Shown: piece after piece, positions 1 through 8,232 of the stretch
How the letters are laid out: every line of letters starts with the position of its first letter
Position numbering within the stretch: position 1 is the stretch's first letter
NCBI GenBank assembly: GCA_963753435.1
Contig: CAVWCF010000001.1
Coordinates: forward strand, 384,001-448,000
Source: an uncultured Actinomycetota bacterium
Lineage (GTDB): Bacteria > Actinomycetota > Actinomycetes > CAVWCF01
DNA length: 64,000 bases
Reading direction: 5' to 3'
Translations under genes and position numbers: made by a program
The notes under the pieces: generated by a model
The model's database searches: none
Seen by the model: the letters and a program-made list of their open reading frames with translations, nothing else
What the model was told of the DNA's origin: nothing

Positions 1-17
1 GTCTGTGTGAAGCAGGT

Positions 18-1241
18 CTACTTGATCAGGTCGAAGATCTTGAAGATGGGCATGTACAGGGCGATGATCATTGCGCCGACGATGCCGCCCAGGACGGCGA
101 TCATCAATGGCTCAATCAATGCCGTGAGCGATTCGGTGGTGGATTCGACCTCGTTGTCGTAGAAGACCGCGATCTTGTGGAGCATGTCATCGAGGGCGCC
201 CGTGTCCTCTCCGACAGCCATCATCTGCACCACCATGGCGGGGAACACCGAGTGGTGAGCCAGCGGGCCGGCCAGTGATTCCCCGCGGCGGACCGAGTCC
301 TGAACGTCGCGCACAGCGCGGCCGATCACGACGTTTCCGGTGGTGTCCGCCACGATCTCCAGGCTCTGCAGGATCGGGACGCCGGAGTGGATCATCGTGC
401 CCAGGTTGCGGGCGAACCGGGCCAGCGCGATCTTCTGGAACAGGCCGCCGAACACCGGCAACTTCAGCTTCAGGGGGTCCACGACGTTGCGGACCTCGTC
501 CCGGCGCTTGACCTTGCTCCAAACGACCAGACCCACGATCCCCAGCACGATCAGGATCGGGAAGGTGGTCTTGAGGACTCCGGAAAGGAAGACCAGAACC
601 TTCGTGGGGGCCGGCAACTCCCCGCCGAGACTCTCAAAGAGGCCGGCGAAAGTGGGGACGATGAAGAGCAGCATGCCGATGACAGCCAGAATCGCCACCA
701 CGAAGACGACAACCGGGTAGGTCATCGCCGCCTTGACCTTGCCACGCAGCCGGACCTCGGCCTCGAAGTTGTCTGCGATCTGCATCAGGACGCTGTCGAG
801 GAAGCCCCCGACCTCCCCGGCCTTGGTCATGTTGACCATCAGCGGTGGGAAGACAGTGGGGTGCTTGGCCATGGAGGCCGATAGCGACTGCCCTGTCTCG
901 ACATCGGCCCGGACCTCGCTGACGACCTCGGCCAGCTTCTTGTTCTCCGTCTGCTCCGACAGGATCGTCAGCGCCCGTAGCAGCGACAAGCCGGAGTTGA
1001 TCATCGTCGCGAACTGGCGACTGAAGACCGCGAGGTCCTTCAGCTTGACCCGGCCGCTGAAACCGGGAATCGACAGATCCCGGTTCATCCCGGCCTTTGC
1101 CTCGTTGATGGCAACCGGCGCATAGCCCATGCTGCGCAACTTCGAGGCGACCGCGGTCGGCGAGTCGGCTTCGATCTGACCGGTGACGATCTTGCCCGCC
1201 CGGTCACGAACGGAGTACGAATAGGTGGCGGTGGCTGCCAT
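18..1241 (-). CDS. pilC: type IV pilus platform protein PilC (T2SS F family)
   Basis: Two T2SSF repeats (FSRQFATMINSGLSLL; FARNLGTMIHSGVPIL), GEVGG and GEDTG motifs, C-terminal EPLMI..LYMPIF. Start trimmed to ATG 1241 (MAATATY), preceded by GAGGGG. Confidence 0.95.
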   Translation of the reverse strand: MAATATYSYSVRDRAGKIVTGQIEADSPTAVASKLRSMGYAPVAINEAKAGMNRDLSIPGFSGRVKLKDLAVFSRQFATMINSGLSLLRALTILSEQTENKKLAEVVSEVRADVETGQSLSASMAKHPTVFPPLMVNMTKAGEVGGFLDSVLMQIADNFEAEVRLRGKVKAAMTYPVVVFVVAILAVIGMLLFIVPTFAGLFESLGGELPAPTKVLVFLSGVLKTTFPILIVLGIVGLVVWSKVKRRDEVRNVVDPLKLKLPVFGGLFQKIALARFARNLGTMIHSGVPILQSLEIVADTTGNVVIGRAVRDVQDSVRRGESLAGPLAHHSVFPAMVVQMMAVGEDTGALDDMLHKIAVFYDNEVESTTESLTALIEPLMIAVLGGIVGAMIIALYMPIFKIFDLIK

Positions 1242-1252
1242 GACAGTTCCCC

Positions 1253-2887
1253 TCAGCCTCGACCGGCAAGCCGGTTGAAGTCCTCGATGTGGTGGCACTT
1301 CTCCACACCGTGCTCGTAGGTGATGCGACCCTGCTTGACCAGATCCGCTAGGTGCTGGTCCATGGTCTGCATTCCGTGCTGACCACCGGCCTGCATTGCC
1401 GAGTAGATCTGGTGCGTCTTGCCTTCACGGATCAGGTTGCGGATCGCCGGCGTGATGGTGAGTACCTCTGCGGCCACGACGCGTCCCAGTCCATCGGTGG
1501 TCTTGCACAGCGTCTGGCAGACGATTCCTTGCAGCGCGCTGGCCAATTGGACTCGGATCTGCTGCTGCTGGTGCGCCGGGAAGACGTCGATCACACGGTC
1601 GATCGTCTGCGCAGCGTCCTGGGTGTGCAGCGTCGCGAAGACCAGGTGGCCGGTTTCGGCGGCGGTCAATGCGACGCTGATGGTCTCCAGGTCGCGCATC
1701 TCGCCGACCAGGATGATGTCCGGGTCCTGCCGCAGGACATGCTTGAGGGCCTGGGTGAACGACCTCGTGTCCTCGCCGACCTCGCGCTGGTTCACCAGGC
1801 AGGAACGGTGCCGGTGCAGGAACTCGATCGGGTCCTCGACGGTCATGATGTGGTCTTTGCGCGTGCGGTTGGCCAGGTCGACCAAGGACGCCAGCGTCGT
1901 CGACTTGCCGGATCCGGTGGGTCCGGTCACTAGGACGAATCCTCGCGGCATACCCGCGAAGTTCGAGACCGTCGTCGGGACGCCTAGGTCCTCAAGCTTC
2001 TTGATCTCATACGGGATCAGCCGGAAGGCGGCCCCGATGGCGTCGCGCTGGCGGTACATGTTCACGCGGAAGCGCGCCTTGCCGGGCACCGAGTAGGCGA
2101 AGTCGAGTTCGAGTTCCTCTTCGAAACGCTCGCGCTGCTTCTGGGTGATAGCCGCGTACATGATCCGTTGGATCATGGGCGGCGCCAGGTCGGGGTACTC
2201 GGACAGCGGACGCAGTTCGCCGTGCTGGCGAATTGTGGGGCGGGCCCCCGTCGTCAGGTGCAGGTCGGAAGCGCCCGTCTCCAAGACCCGAGCGAGCAAG
2301 GCGTCCAACACGATGTCGTCGGGGTTGATGGTCTGCTCGGTCGAGCCCCGGGTGTATGCGGCCTCGTCGGCAGTGCTGTCCGCGACGACCGGAACCGAAT
2401 CACGAGACTCATCCGACTGGTTGCTGGAACTGGAAGTCCGGGAAGGCCGGGGGTACTTCATCCGACCTCGCCGAGCCGCCGAGACGCTCTGCCAGCGGCA
2501 CCAATTCCGGGTCGGCGGCAAACACCGACTCAGTGGGCGGGTCGAACCGCGTCAAGAGGTCTTCATCGGCATCCGGGGTCTCCGGCGGAGCCAGTGGTAC
2601 GGAGGCAACCGGACGTTGTCTCGGCCAGCGGCGACGTCTCGACGCAAAGGCGTCTGCGCCGTGAAGGCCGCGGTCTGCTGCTCAGCTTGCCGCAGCTCGT
2701 CTTGCTGCGGCTCGGAACCGGGCAACGGCGCTGCCACGGGAACGGCGCTGGGCGAACTGGCGAAGAAGTCGAAGACCGGTGGCCCCGAAGACTCCGGCGC
2801 CGGCGGTTCCGGCTGGAACTCGTCGGGCTGCAGTTCCTCCGGCCGCGGCGCTGGCTGGAACCCGCCAGTGAACGGTGTGCTCTCCAC
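1253..2887 (-). CDS. pilT: type IV pilus retraction ATPase PilT with long Pro/acidic N-terminal extension (5' part apparently frameshifted)
   Basis: Core has Walker A GPTGSGKST, TVEDPIE, LRQDPDIILVGEMRD, TGHLVFATLHT and the PilT-specific AIRNLIRE. GTG 2887 has an SD (GAGGGG) and is in frame with the core, but the frame is broken by TGA at 2552-2554. The core ORF alone is 1253..2521. Confidence 0.9.
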
Positions 2888-2937
2888 GGATGTTCCCCTC
2901 GTCGTGGCTTCAGCCGCTTGTGCAGCCTGTGCGGGTC

Positions 2938-2964
2938 ATCGGCGTGGATATGGTCGGGCTTGAG
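2938..2964 (-). promoter_or_regulatory. sigma28 (FliA/WhiG)-type promoter upstream of pilT
   Basis: Minus strand reads CTCAAG-CCCGACCATATCCAC(15)-GCCGATGA, about 50 nt before GTG 2887. Confidence 0.7.
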
Positions 2965-2966
2965 TC

Positions 2967-4631
2967 TCAGGCCACTACGCGGAAGATCTCGGCCAAGCTG
3001 GTGGTCCCGTCGAGCACCTTGGCCAACCCGTCGGATCGCAGCGATTCCATGCCTTCGCCCGCGGCCAGCTCCGCGATCGCAGTTGAGGACGCCCGTTCCA
3101 CCGCGAGGCGTTCCACACCCTCGCTAACGGTCATCACCTCGTGCAGGGCCAGTCGCCCTCGGTAGCCGGTCTGGCTGCATTGGGAGCAGCCCGCGGCTTG
3201 GTACAACGTCGGCAGCGGGTCGCCCTCCGACCACGGGAACCGGGCCTCGCGTAGAGCGTCAGGCGTGGGCGTGTACTGCTCTTTGCACTTGCTACAGAGT
3301 CGGCGCGCCAGGCGCTGTGCCAGTACGCATTCCATCGCCGACCCGACCAGGAAGGGCTCGATGCCCATTTCGGTCAATCGGGTGACAGCACTTGGGGCGT
3401 CATTGGTGTGCAAGGTCGCCAGCACCAGGTGACCGGTGAGCGCGGCCTCGATAGCGATCTGGGCCGTCTCGTGGTCCCGGATCTCACCGATCAGGACGAT
3501 GTCCGGGTCCGAACGCAGGATCGACCGCAGCGCCGACGCGAAAGTAAGGCCGGCCTTGTTGTTGACCTGAACCTGGTTCACGCCCGCGAGTCGGTATTCG
3601 ACCGGATCCTCAACGGTGATGACGTTCACATCGGGACGGTTGAGGATGTTCAGCGTGCTGTAGAGGGTGGTGGACTTACCTGAGCCGGTGGGGCCGGTAA
3701 CCAACAACATCCCGTAGGGCTTCGTGAACGACTGGCTCCAGCGGTCGTAGTTGCCCTGCCGGAAACCCAGATCGGCCAGGTCCAGACTTGCCGTGGAGTT
3801 GTCCAGGACACGCATGACCACCTTTTCGCCCCACACGGTCGGCAGCGTGGCCACGCGCAGGTCGATCTTCTTGCCATGCACCTGGACGGACAACCGCCCG
3901 TCCTGTGGGATGCGGCGCTCTGCGATGTCCATGTCGGCCATGATCTTCAAGCGGCTGATCACCGCCGATTGAATGGACTTGGGGCTCTTCATCACCTCGT
4001 GCAGCACCCCGTCGATGCGGTACCGGACCTTGAGTTCACGCTCGGCCGGCTCCAAGTGGATGTCCGACGCCCGGTCCTGGATCCCCTGCATGATGAGGAC
4101 GTTCACGTACTTGACGATCGGTGCGTCGTCGACGGCCTGGGTCAGACCCGAAAGTTCGTCGTCTTCGTCCTCCGCCTCCATCGCGGCGGCGAGGTTGTCG
4201 AGGTCCCCGTCGGCACGGTGGTAGCGGTCAATCGCGGCCAGCGTGTCCGCCAGAGTGGCGACCACCGGCCGTACATCCCGTCCCGACATTGACCGAACGT
4301 CATCGATCGCGACGACATTTGCCGGGTCCGCCATCGCCAGCAGCAACCGGCCGTCCTCGAAACCGATCGGCAGCACGGTGTGGCGGCGACAGACCGCCGC
4401 CGGAACCATTCCCACAGCTGCCCCGTCGACTGCATGTTCGCTTAGGTCGACGAAGGGAAGTCCGATCTGGGCGGCAAGAGCCTGAACCAACTGGGTCTCG
4501 TTGACGAAACCCTTGTCCACGAGGACGCGACCAAGGCTGCGGCCCAGACGCCGCTGGTCGTCCAACGCCGCGGTCAACTGCTCTTGCGTGACCAGACCGT
4601 TGGCGAGCAGAACGTCACCAAGTTGCCGCAC
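2967..4631 (-). CDS. pilB: type IV pilus extension ATPase PilB (GspE/PulE family) with N-terminal MshEN-like domain
   Basis: ASDIHLEP, RYRIDGVL, ERRIPQDGR, GPTGSGKSTT, LRSDPDIVLIGEIRD, tetracysteine CSKC...CSQC, GYRGR. SD GGGGAGG. Confidence 0.95.
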   Translation of the reverse strand: MRQLGDVLLANGLVTQEQLTAALDDQRRLGRSLGRVLVDKGFVNETQLVQALAAQIGLPFVDLSEHAVDGAAVGMVPAAVCRRHTVLPIGFEDGRLLLAMADPANVVAIDDVRSMSGRDVRPVVATLADTLAAIDRYHRADGDLDNLAAAMEAEDEDDELSGLTQAVDDAPIVKYVNVLIMQGIQDRASDIHLEPAERELKVRYRIDGVLHEVMKSPKSIQSAVISRLKIMADMDIAERRIPQDGRLSVQVHGKKIDLRVATLPTVWGEKVVMRVLDNSTASLDLADLGFRQGNYDRWSQSFTKPYGMLLVTGPTGSGKSTTLYSTLNILNRPDVNVITVEDPVEYRLAGVNQVQVNNKAGLTFASALRSILRSDPDIVLIGEIRDHETAQIAIEAALTGHLVLATLHTNDAPSAVTRLTEMGIEPFLVGSAMECVLAQRLARRLCSKCKEQYTPTPDALREARFPWSEGDPLPTLYQAAGCSQCSQTGYRGRLALHEVMTVSEGVERLAVERASSTAIAELAAGEGMESLRSDGLAKVLDGTTSLAEIFRVVA

Positions 4632-4652
4632 AGTACGCCTCCCCTGGACCGA

Positions 4653-4841
4653 TCAGAGCCGGTCTTGGGGAGCATCGGCAGTATCCGCCGACGCTTGAGA
4701 CACATCGATGCGAGCGCACAACAGGTTGGCCGCAGCCAGCATCGCGCGTCCGCGGGGGTCACTGCCGGGCACGCCGACAACGTCGCCGCTGCGCAGGATC
4801 ACGCCTGCGGCGCAGGGGCGCTCGTTCTCGTCCTCCTCCAC
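4653..4841 (-). CDS. possible small hypothetical protein (62 aa)
   Basis: Fills the gap between the GTPase and pilB and starts 1 nt after the GTPase stop. No recognisable motif; overlaps the pilB promoter motif. Confidence 0.2.
   Translation of the reverse strand: MEEDENERPCAAGVILRSGDVVGVPGSDPRGRAMLAAANLLCARIDVSQASADTADAPQDRL
4674..4699 (-). promoter_or_regulatory. sigma28 (FliA/WhiG)-type promoter upstream of pilB
   Basis: Minus strand reads CTCAAG-CGTCGGCGGATACT(14)-GCCGATGC, about 40 nt before the pilB start. Confidence 0.7.
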
Positions 4842-4842
4842 C

Positions 4843-5412
4843 TCAACTCACCGCCTGGAAGTCGAGGCGGTCCAGCACCGTGTACAGGAGTTCGAGAAGT
4901 ACGCCCTTGACCGATTCCCGGTCCGTGGCCACACAACCGATCACCGGTGCCCAGTCATCGGAGCCGACCTGCTCTCGCACCCAAGCGACCTGCTCGTCGC
5001 TGAGTTCGGCGTGACGATTCACGGCAACGACATACGGAGCCGAAGTAAGTCCCCGGAACGCCTGCAGGATGCCGGCTGCTTCAGCCATCGAATCCGGTCG
5101 GTTCGGGTCGACGAGCAGCACGTAGCCAACCGTGCCCGTGCTCACGACATCCCACATGAAGTCGAAACGCTCCTGACCCGGCGTCCCGAACAAGTAGAGG
5201 ACCAGGTCTCGGTCGATGCTGATCCGCCCGAAATCCATGGCGACCGTGGTCTCGCGCTTGGTGGACCGCGTCTCGTCGGTAACCTCCCGCTCCGTCGACA
5301 GGACGGTGATCTCGCTGATCGTCCGGATCAGCGTCGTCTTGCCAGCCGCAAACGGGCCCGTGATCACGATCTTGACCGCCTGACCGGCGTTACCCCGACC
5401 CCGGCCGGCCAT
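4843..5412 (-). CDS. MglA/CvnD-like small Ras-superfamily GTPase (ATP/GTP-binding protein)
   Basis: G1 GPFAAGKTT, G2 TTVAMDFG, G3 LFGTPGQERF, degenerate G4 VNRH. Start overlaps the upstream stop (TGATG). Confidence 0.92.
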   Translation of the reverse strand: MAGRGRGNAGQAVKIVITGPFAAGKTTLIRTISEITVLSTEREVTDETRSTKRETTVAMDFGRISIDRDLVLYLFGTPGQERFDFMWDVVSTGTVGYVLLVDPNRPDSMAEAAGILQAFRGLTSAPYVVAVNRHAELSDEQVAWVREQVGSDDWAPVIGCVATDRESVKGVLLELLYTVLDRLDFQAVS

Positions 5413-6509
5413 CAGATGTCCTTCACGCCGGCGATCAGGCGCAGCATCAGGCTGCGATTCAGCCCCGGTTCACCGCCGTCGGTTCCAGTCGCCGCTAGCA
5501 ACTCGGCTTCAGCTGGGGGGGCGTCGACGTCTTGCTCCGGGCCCACCGGGTCCGACCCGGGTTCGACTTCCGGCGGTGTGACCGGGTCGAAGTTGACTGG
5601 TTCTCCGGACGCCGTGGCCGGATGTAGCGGCAACTCCACCTCGATCAGGGAATCGTCGGCCGACGGCGCCTGCTCGACGAGGTCCGACGGCTGCGCCGGC
5701 TCGGTTGGCGGCGTCACCACCACGGGGGCATTCCCCGCTGTCGCCGAATCGCCCTCGACCGGCCCGAGGAGCGCATGCCGACGACGCACCGAGGTCACGT
5801 GGTCGCCGCGGCGGTCGCGAACCATAAGCAGGCCACGGTCGAAGAGATTCGCCAGGGTGGTGACGACGGCGAAACGGCCACAACCGGTTAGATCCACCAA
5901 GTCGGCCAGCGTCCGCTCACCGTCAATGAGAGCCAGCAGTGCCCACTCGTCCCGAGTCGCCGTCGGGTCCTGAGGCAGCACCACGGGCATGGTCAGGACG
6001 ACGTCGGCGTCGAGCAGGTCCGCCGGCACCGACGACCAGGTCTCACCGCGGGCGCCCGCCTCAGTGATCAGCCGATCCGCGGCCAGCTCCACTCCGACGT
6101 CGTCGGGGTTGGTTGTGTCGACGTGGAACGAGAAGTCCCCGTCTGGCCACTGCATCAGTTCGAACACTGCGTCGACGGACTGCTCGGTAGCGGCGGCCAC
6201 AACCAGCTCACGATCGACCTGTCCGCTGAGGATGAGCAACGCACCCAGGCCGTCGGCAACACCCTCGGTCAGTTCCTTGACGGCAACCGTGATCGCGTCG
6301 TCGTCGACCGCGCCACTGCCGATCAATCGCCTAGCCAAGGACTGTCGGCCCAGATCGGCTGTCGCCCCGGTGATCTGTCCGTCGCGGAAGTAGACCGCAC
6401 CGGACCCGGCCGAACCACGCAACAGCAACGCGCCGGTCTTGCGCGTCGAACTGAGCAACCCGAACACGTCGGGGAGGCTGAAGGCGCCGAGTGAACCTTC
6501 CAATCGCAT
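5412..6509 (-). CDS. DUF4388 (PatA-N-like) domain protein with winged helix, acidic Pro-rich linker and C-terminal helix
   Basis: N-terminus LEGSLGAFSLPDVFGLLSSTRKTGAL..GAVYFRDGQI and W-P-D-G-D-F-S-F typical of DUF4388; EWALLALIDGERTLADL..LFDRGLL looks like a wHTH. Confidence 0.85.
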   Translation of the reverse strand: MRLEGSLGAFSLPDVFGLLSSTRKTGALLLRGSAGSGAVYFRDGQITGATADLGRQSLARRLIGSGAVDDDAITVAVKELTEGVADGLGALLILSGQVDRELVVAAATEQSVDAVFELMQWPDGDFSFHVDTTNPDDVGVELAADRLITEAGARGETWSSVPADLLDADVVLTMPVVLPQDPTATRDEWALLALIDGERTLADLVDLTGCGRFAVVTTLANLFDRGLLMVRDRRGDHVTSVRRRHALLGPVEGDSATAGNAPVVVTPPTEPAQPSDLVEQAPSADDSLIEVELPLHPATASGEPVNFDPVTPPEVEPGSDPVGPEQDVDAPPAEAELLAATGTDGGEPGLNRSLMLRLIAGVKDI

Positions 6510-6529
6510 TCAGTTCACCCCCCGATCGA

Positions 6530-7285
6530 TCACTGCCAGCCGTTGCTGCTGCGTGCGGACGAAGGTGCCCAAACCACATTCGGTGTGGAGACGTCTTCGT
6601 CAGCAGCGGCCGCGAGCACGGTCGGCGGAGCAGCTGGAGGGACCAGGTCGGATGGGTTGCGCTGGGAAATCACCAACGGCGGTGCCGATGTGACCGGCTC
6701 CTCCTTGTCTTCCCCTGCGTCGCCGTCCCCCGCGCCTTCTTCGGCATTGGTTGCGGCCGGAGCCTCGGCAGCCGCCGTGGGCTCGATCTCCGTGCCTACG
6801 GCAGCTGCCGTCTCGGGCTCGGTAATCGACACATCCAGAGCCGGCTCCGGAGGCGCGACAGCCGACACCCGAGCGGGCGGCACCTCAGGCACCGCGGGGC
6901 CACCGAGAGCGGCGGCCACGTCCCTTGCGGCGCGTTTGACCTCGAAGAGCATCAACCCGGCCTTGGCCGCGCGATCGGCGACGGCGACCAGGACCGCTTC
7001 GTCATCCGCGGACACGAGGAAGACGGTTCCGTCGTCACCCTCCACGTACACCTGCTGCAGGCCGCCACGGCCGAGTCCGTCAGCGGCGCGCTCACCGAGC
7101 GAAAGCAAAGCGGCGCTCATTGCGGCCACGCGATCCTCATCCATCCCCTCGGGCAGCGCCGATGCCATGGGAAGCCCGTCGAAGGAAACGACGGCCGCCG
7201 CCTCCAGTTGCGGGGCCCGGCGAAGCAGGTCCGTGAGGACGCGGTCCAAGGCGGCCTCAACGCCGCGTGCCGGAAGATCGCTCAT
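6530..7285 (-). CDS. Roadblock/LC7 domain protein (MglB/CvnB-like) with about 120 aa Pro/Ala/Glu-rich tail
   Basis: AAVVSFDGLPMASALP..DRVAAMSAALLSLGER..LGRGGLQQVYVEG. Start ATG 7285 with SD GAGGAG. Confidence 0.9.
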   Translation of the reverse strand: MSDLPARGVEAALDRVLTDLLRRAPQLEAAAVVSFDGLPMASALPEGMDEDRVAAMSAALLSLGERAADGLGRGGLQQVYVEGDDGTVFLVSADDEAVLVAVADRAAKAGLMLFEVKRAARDVAAALGGPAVPEVPPARVSAVAPPEPALDVSITEPETAAAVGTEIEPTAAAEAPAATNAEEGAGDGDAGEDKEEPVTSAPPLVISQRNPSDLVPPAAPPTVLAAAADEDVSTPNVVWAPSSARSSNGWQ

Positions 7286-7338
7286 CCAAGTTCTCCTCGC
7301 GCATGGCAGCGCCGACACCCGGCGCACTTGAGTTCTCA

Positions 7339-7365
7339 CTCGGCGCATCCGGCCAACTTCTTGAG
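7339..7365 (-). promoter_or_regulatory. sigma28 (FliA/WhiG)-type promoter upstream of roadblock gene
   Basis: Minus strand reads CTCAAG-AAGTTGGCCGGATGC(15)-GCCGAGTG, about 55 nt before ATG 7285. Confidence 0.65.
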
Positions 7366-7425
7366 TGGTCGAACGCCCACTGCGCAACGCCCGCGATTGC
7401 GACAAGCCGCTCAGGTCGGGCCAGG

Positions 7426-8232
7426 TCAGGCCAGGCCGGACGCCGCTGCCTCCCGCATGGCCGACTGCGGAGCCGGCCGGCCAGTCATGGCGGTCACCTG
7501 GGCGAAGGCCTGATGCAGGAGCAACTCCAGCCCACTCAACGCCGCCGCGCCGGAACGAACCCAGGCCGTGGCCAACGGGGTGGGCCATGCGTCGTAAACG
7601 ACGTCAAACAACCAGCCGGGGCTAGCGGGGACGCGTTCGACCAGACCGTCGGCCACCCCGGTTGGCACTGTGCTGATGACAAGGTCGGCATCCAGTTCGG
7701 CATGTTCCCAGTCGACTATCACGCCCTCATCGGCGGCGGCCACGGCGAGGACCGACTCAGCTGCCGCTGGGCGGCGCCCGACCACGGCAAGACGACGGAC
7801 CCCCAGGGACCGGGCCGCGGCGGCAGCCGACCGGGCCGTCGCCCCAGTGCCCAGGATGACCAGAGATTCAACTCCGCCGACGCCGGCCTCAGCCAGCGCG
7901 CCGAGGAAACCGGCAACGTCGGTGTTCAGCCCCGTCCGCCCGCCGTCAGGTTCAAATAGCAGCGTGTTGGCCGCGCCAGTGGCCTCGACGTCCACCGACC
8001 AGGTGTCCAACAGCGGCAGGGCCGCCTCCTTCAGGGGCATGGTCAGGGACAACCCCCGCCACGAGTTGTCCCGCGTCGCCACGAAACCGGCCAGTTCATC
8101 GGCGGCACACTCCACAGCGGTGTAAGTCCAGTCCAGACCCAGGGCCGAGTAGGCGGCCCGGTGCAGGGCCGGGCTCAGGGAGTGGCTGACGGGCGAGCCC
8201 AGGACGGCGCAGCGCATCGCAGGTTCACTCAC
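7426..8232 (-). CDS. aroE: shikimate dehydrogenase
   Basis: LGSPVSHSLSPALH, GLSLTMPLK, GAANT, NTDVAG, DVVY, GLELLLHQA; synteny after mltG. Confidence 0.95.
   Translation of the reverse strand: MSEPAMRCAVLGSPVSHSLSPALHRAAYSALGLDWTYTAVECAADELAGFVATRDNSWRGLSLTMPLKEAALPLLDTWSVDVEATGAANTLLFEPDGGRTGLNTDVAGFLGALAEAGVGGVESLVILGTGATARSAAAAARSLGVRRLAVVGRRPAAAESVLAVAAADEGVIVDWEHAELDADLVISTVPTGVADGLVERVPASPGWLFDVVYDAWPTPLATAWVRSGAAALSGLELLLHQAFAQVTAMTGRPAPQSAMREAAASGLA

Noticed and set aside
2552-2554. Programmed TGA readthrough or selenocysteine in pilT
   Set aside because: The frame flanking the TGA reads as off-frame sequence (R/W/C-rich) while an alternative frame is coherent; indels explain it better.
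7296-7332. Second CTCAAG upstream of the roadblock gene
   Set aside because: No GCCGA at 14-15 nt spacing (GCCATG at 19 nt), so not counted as a promoter.
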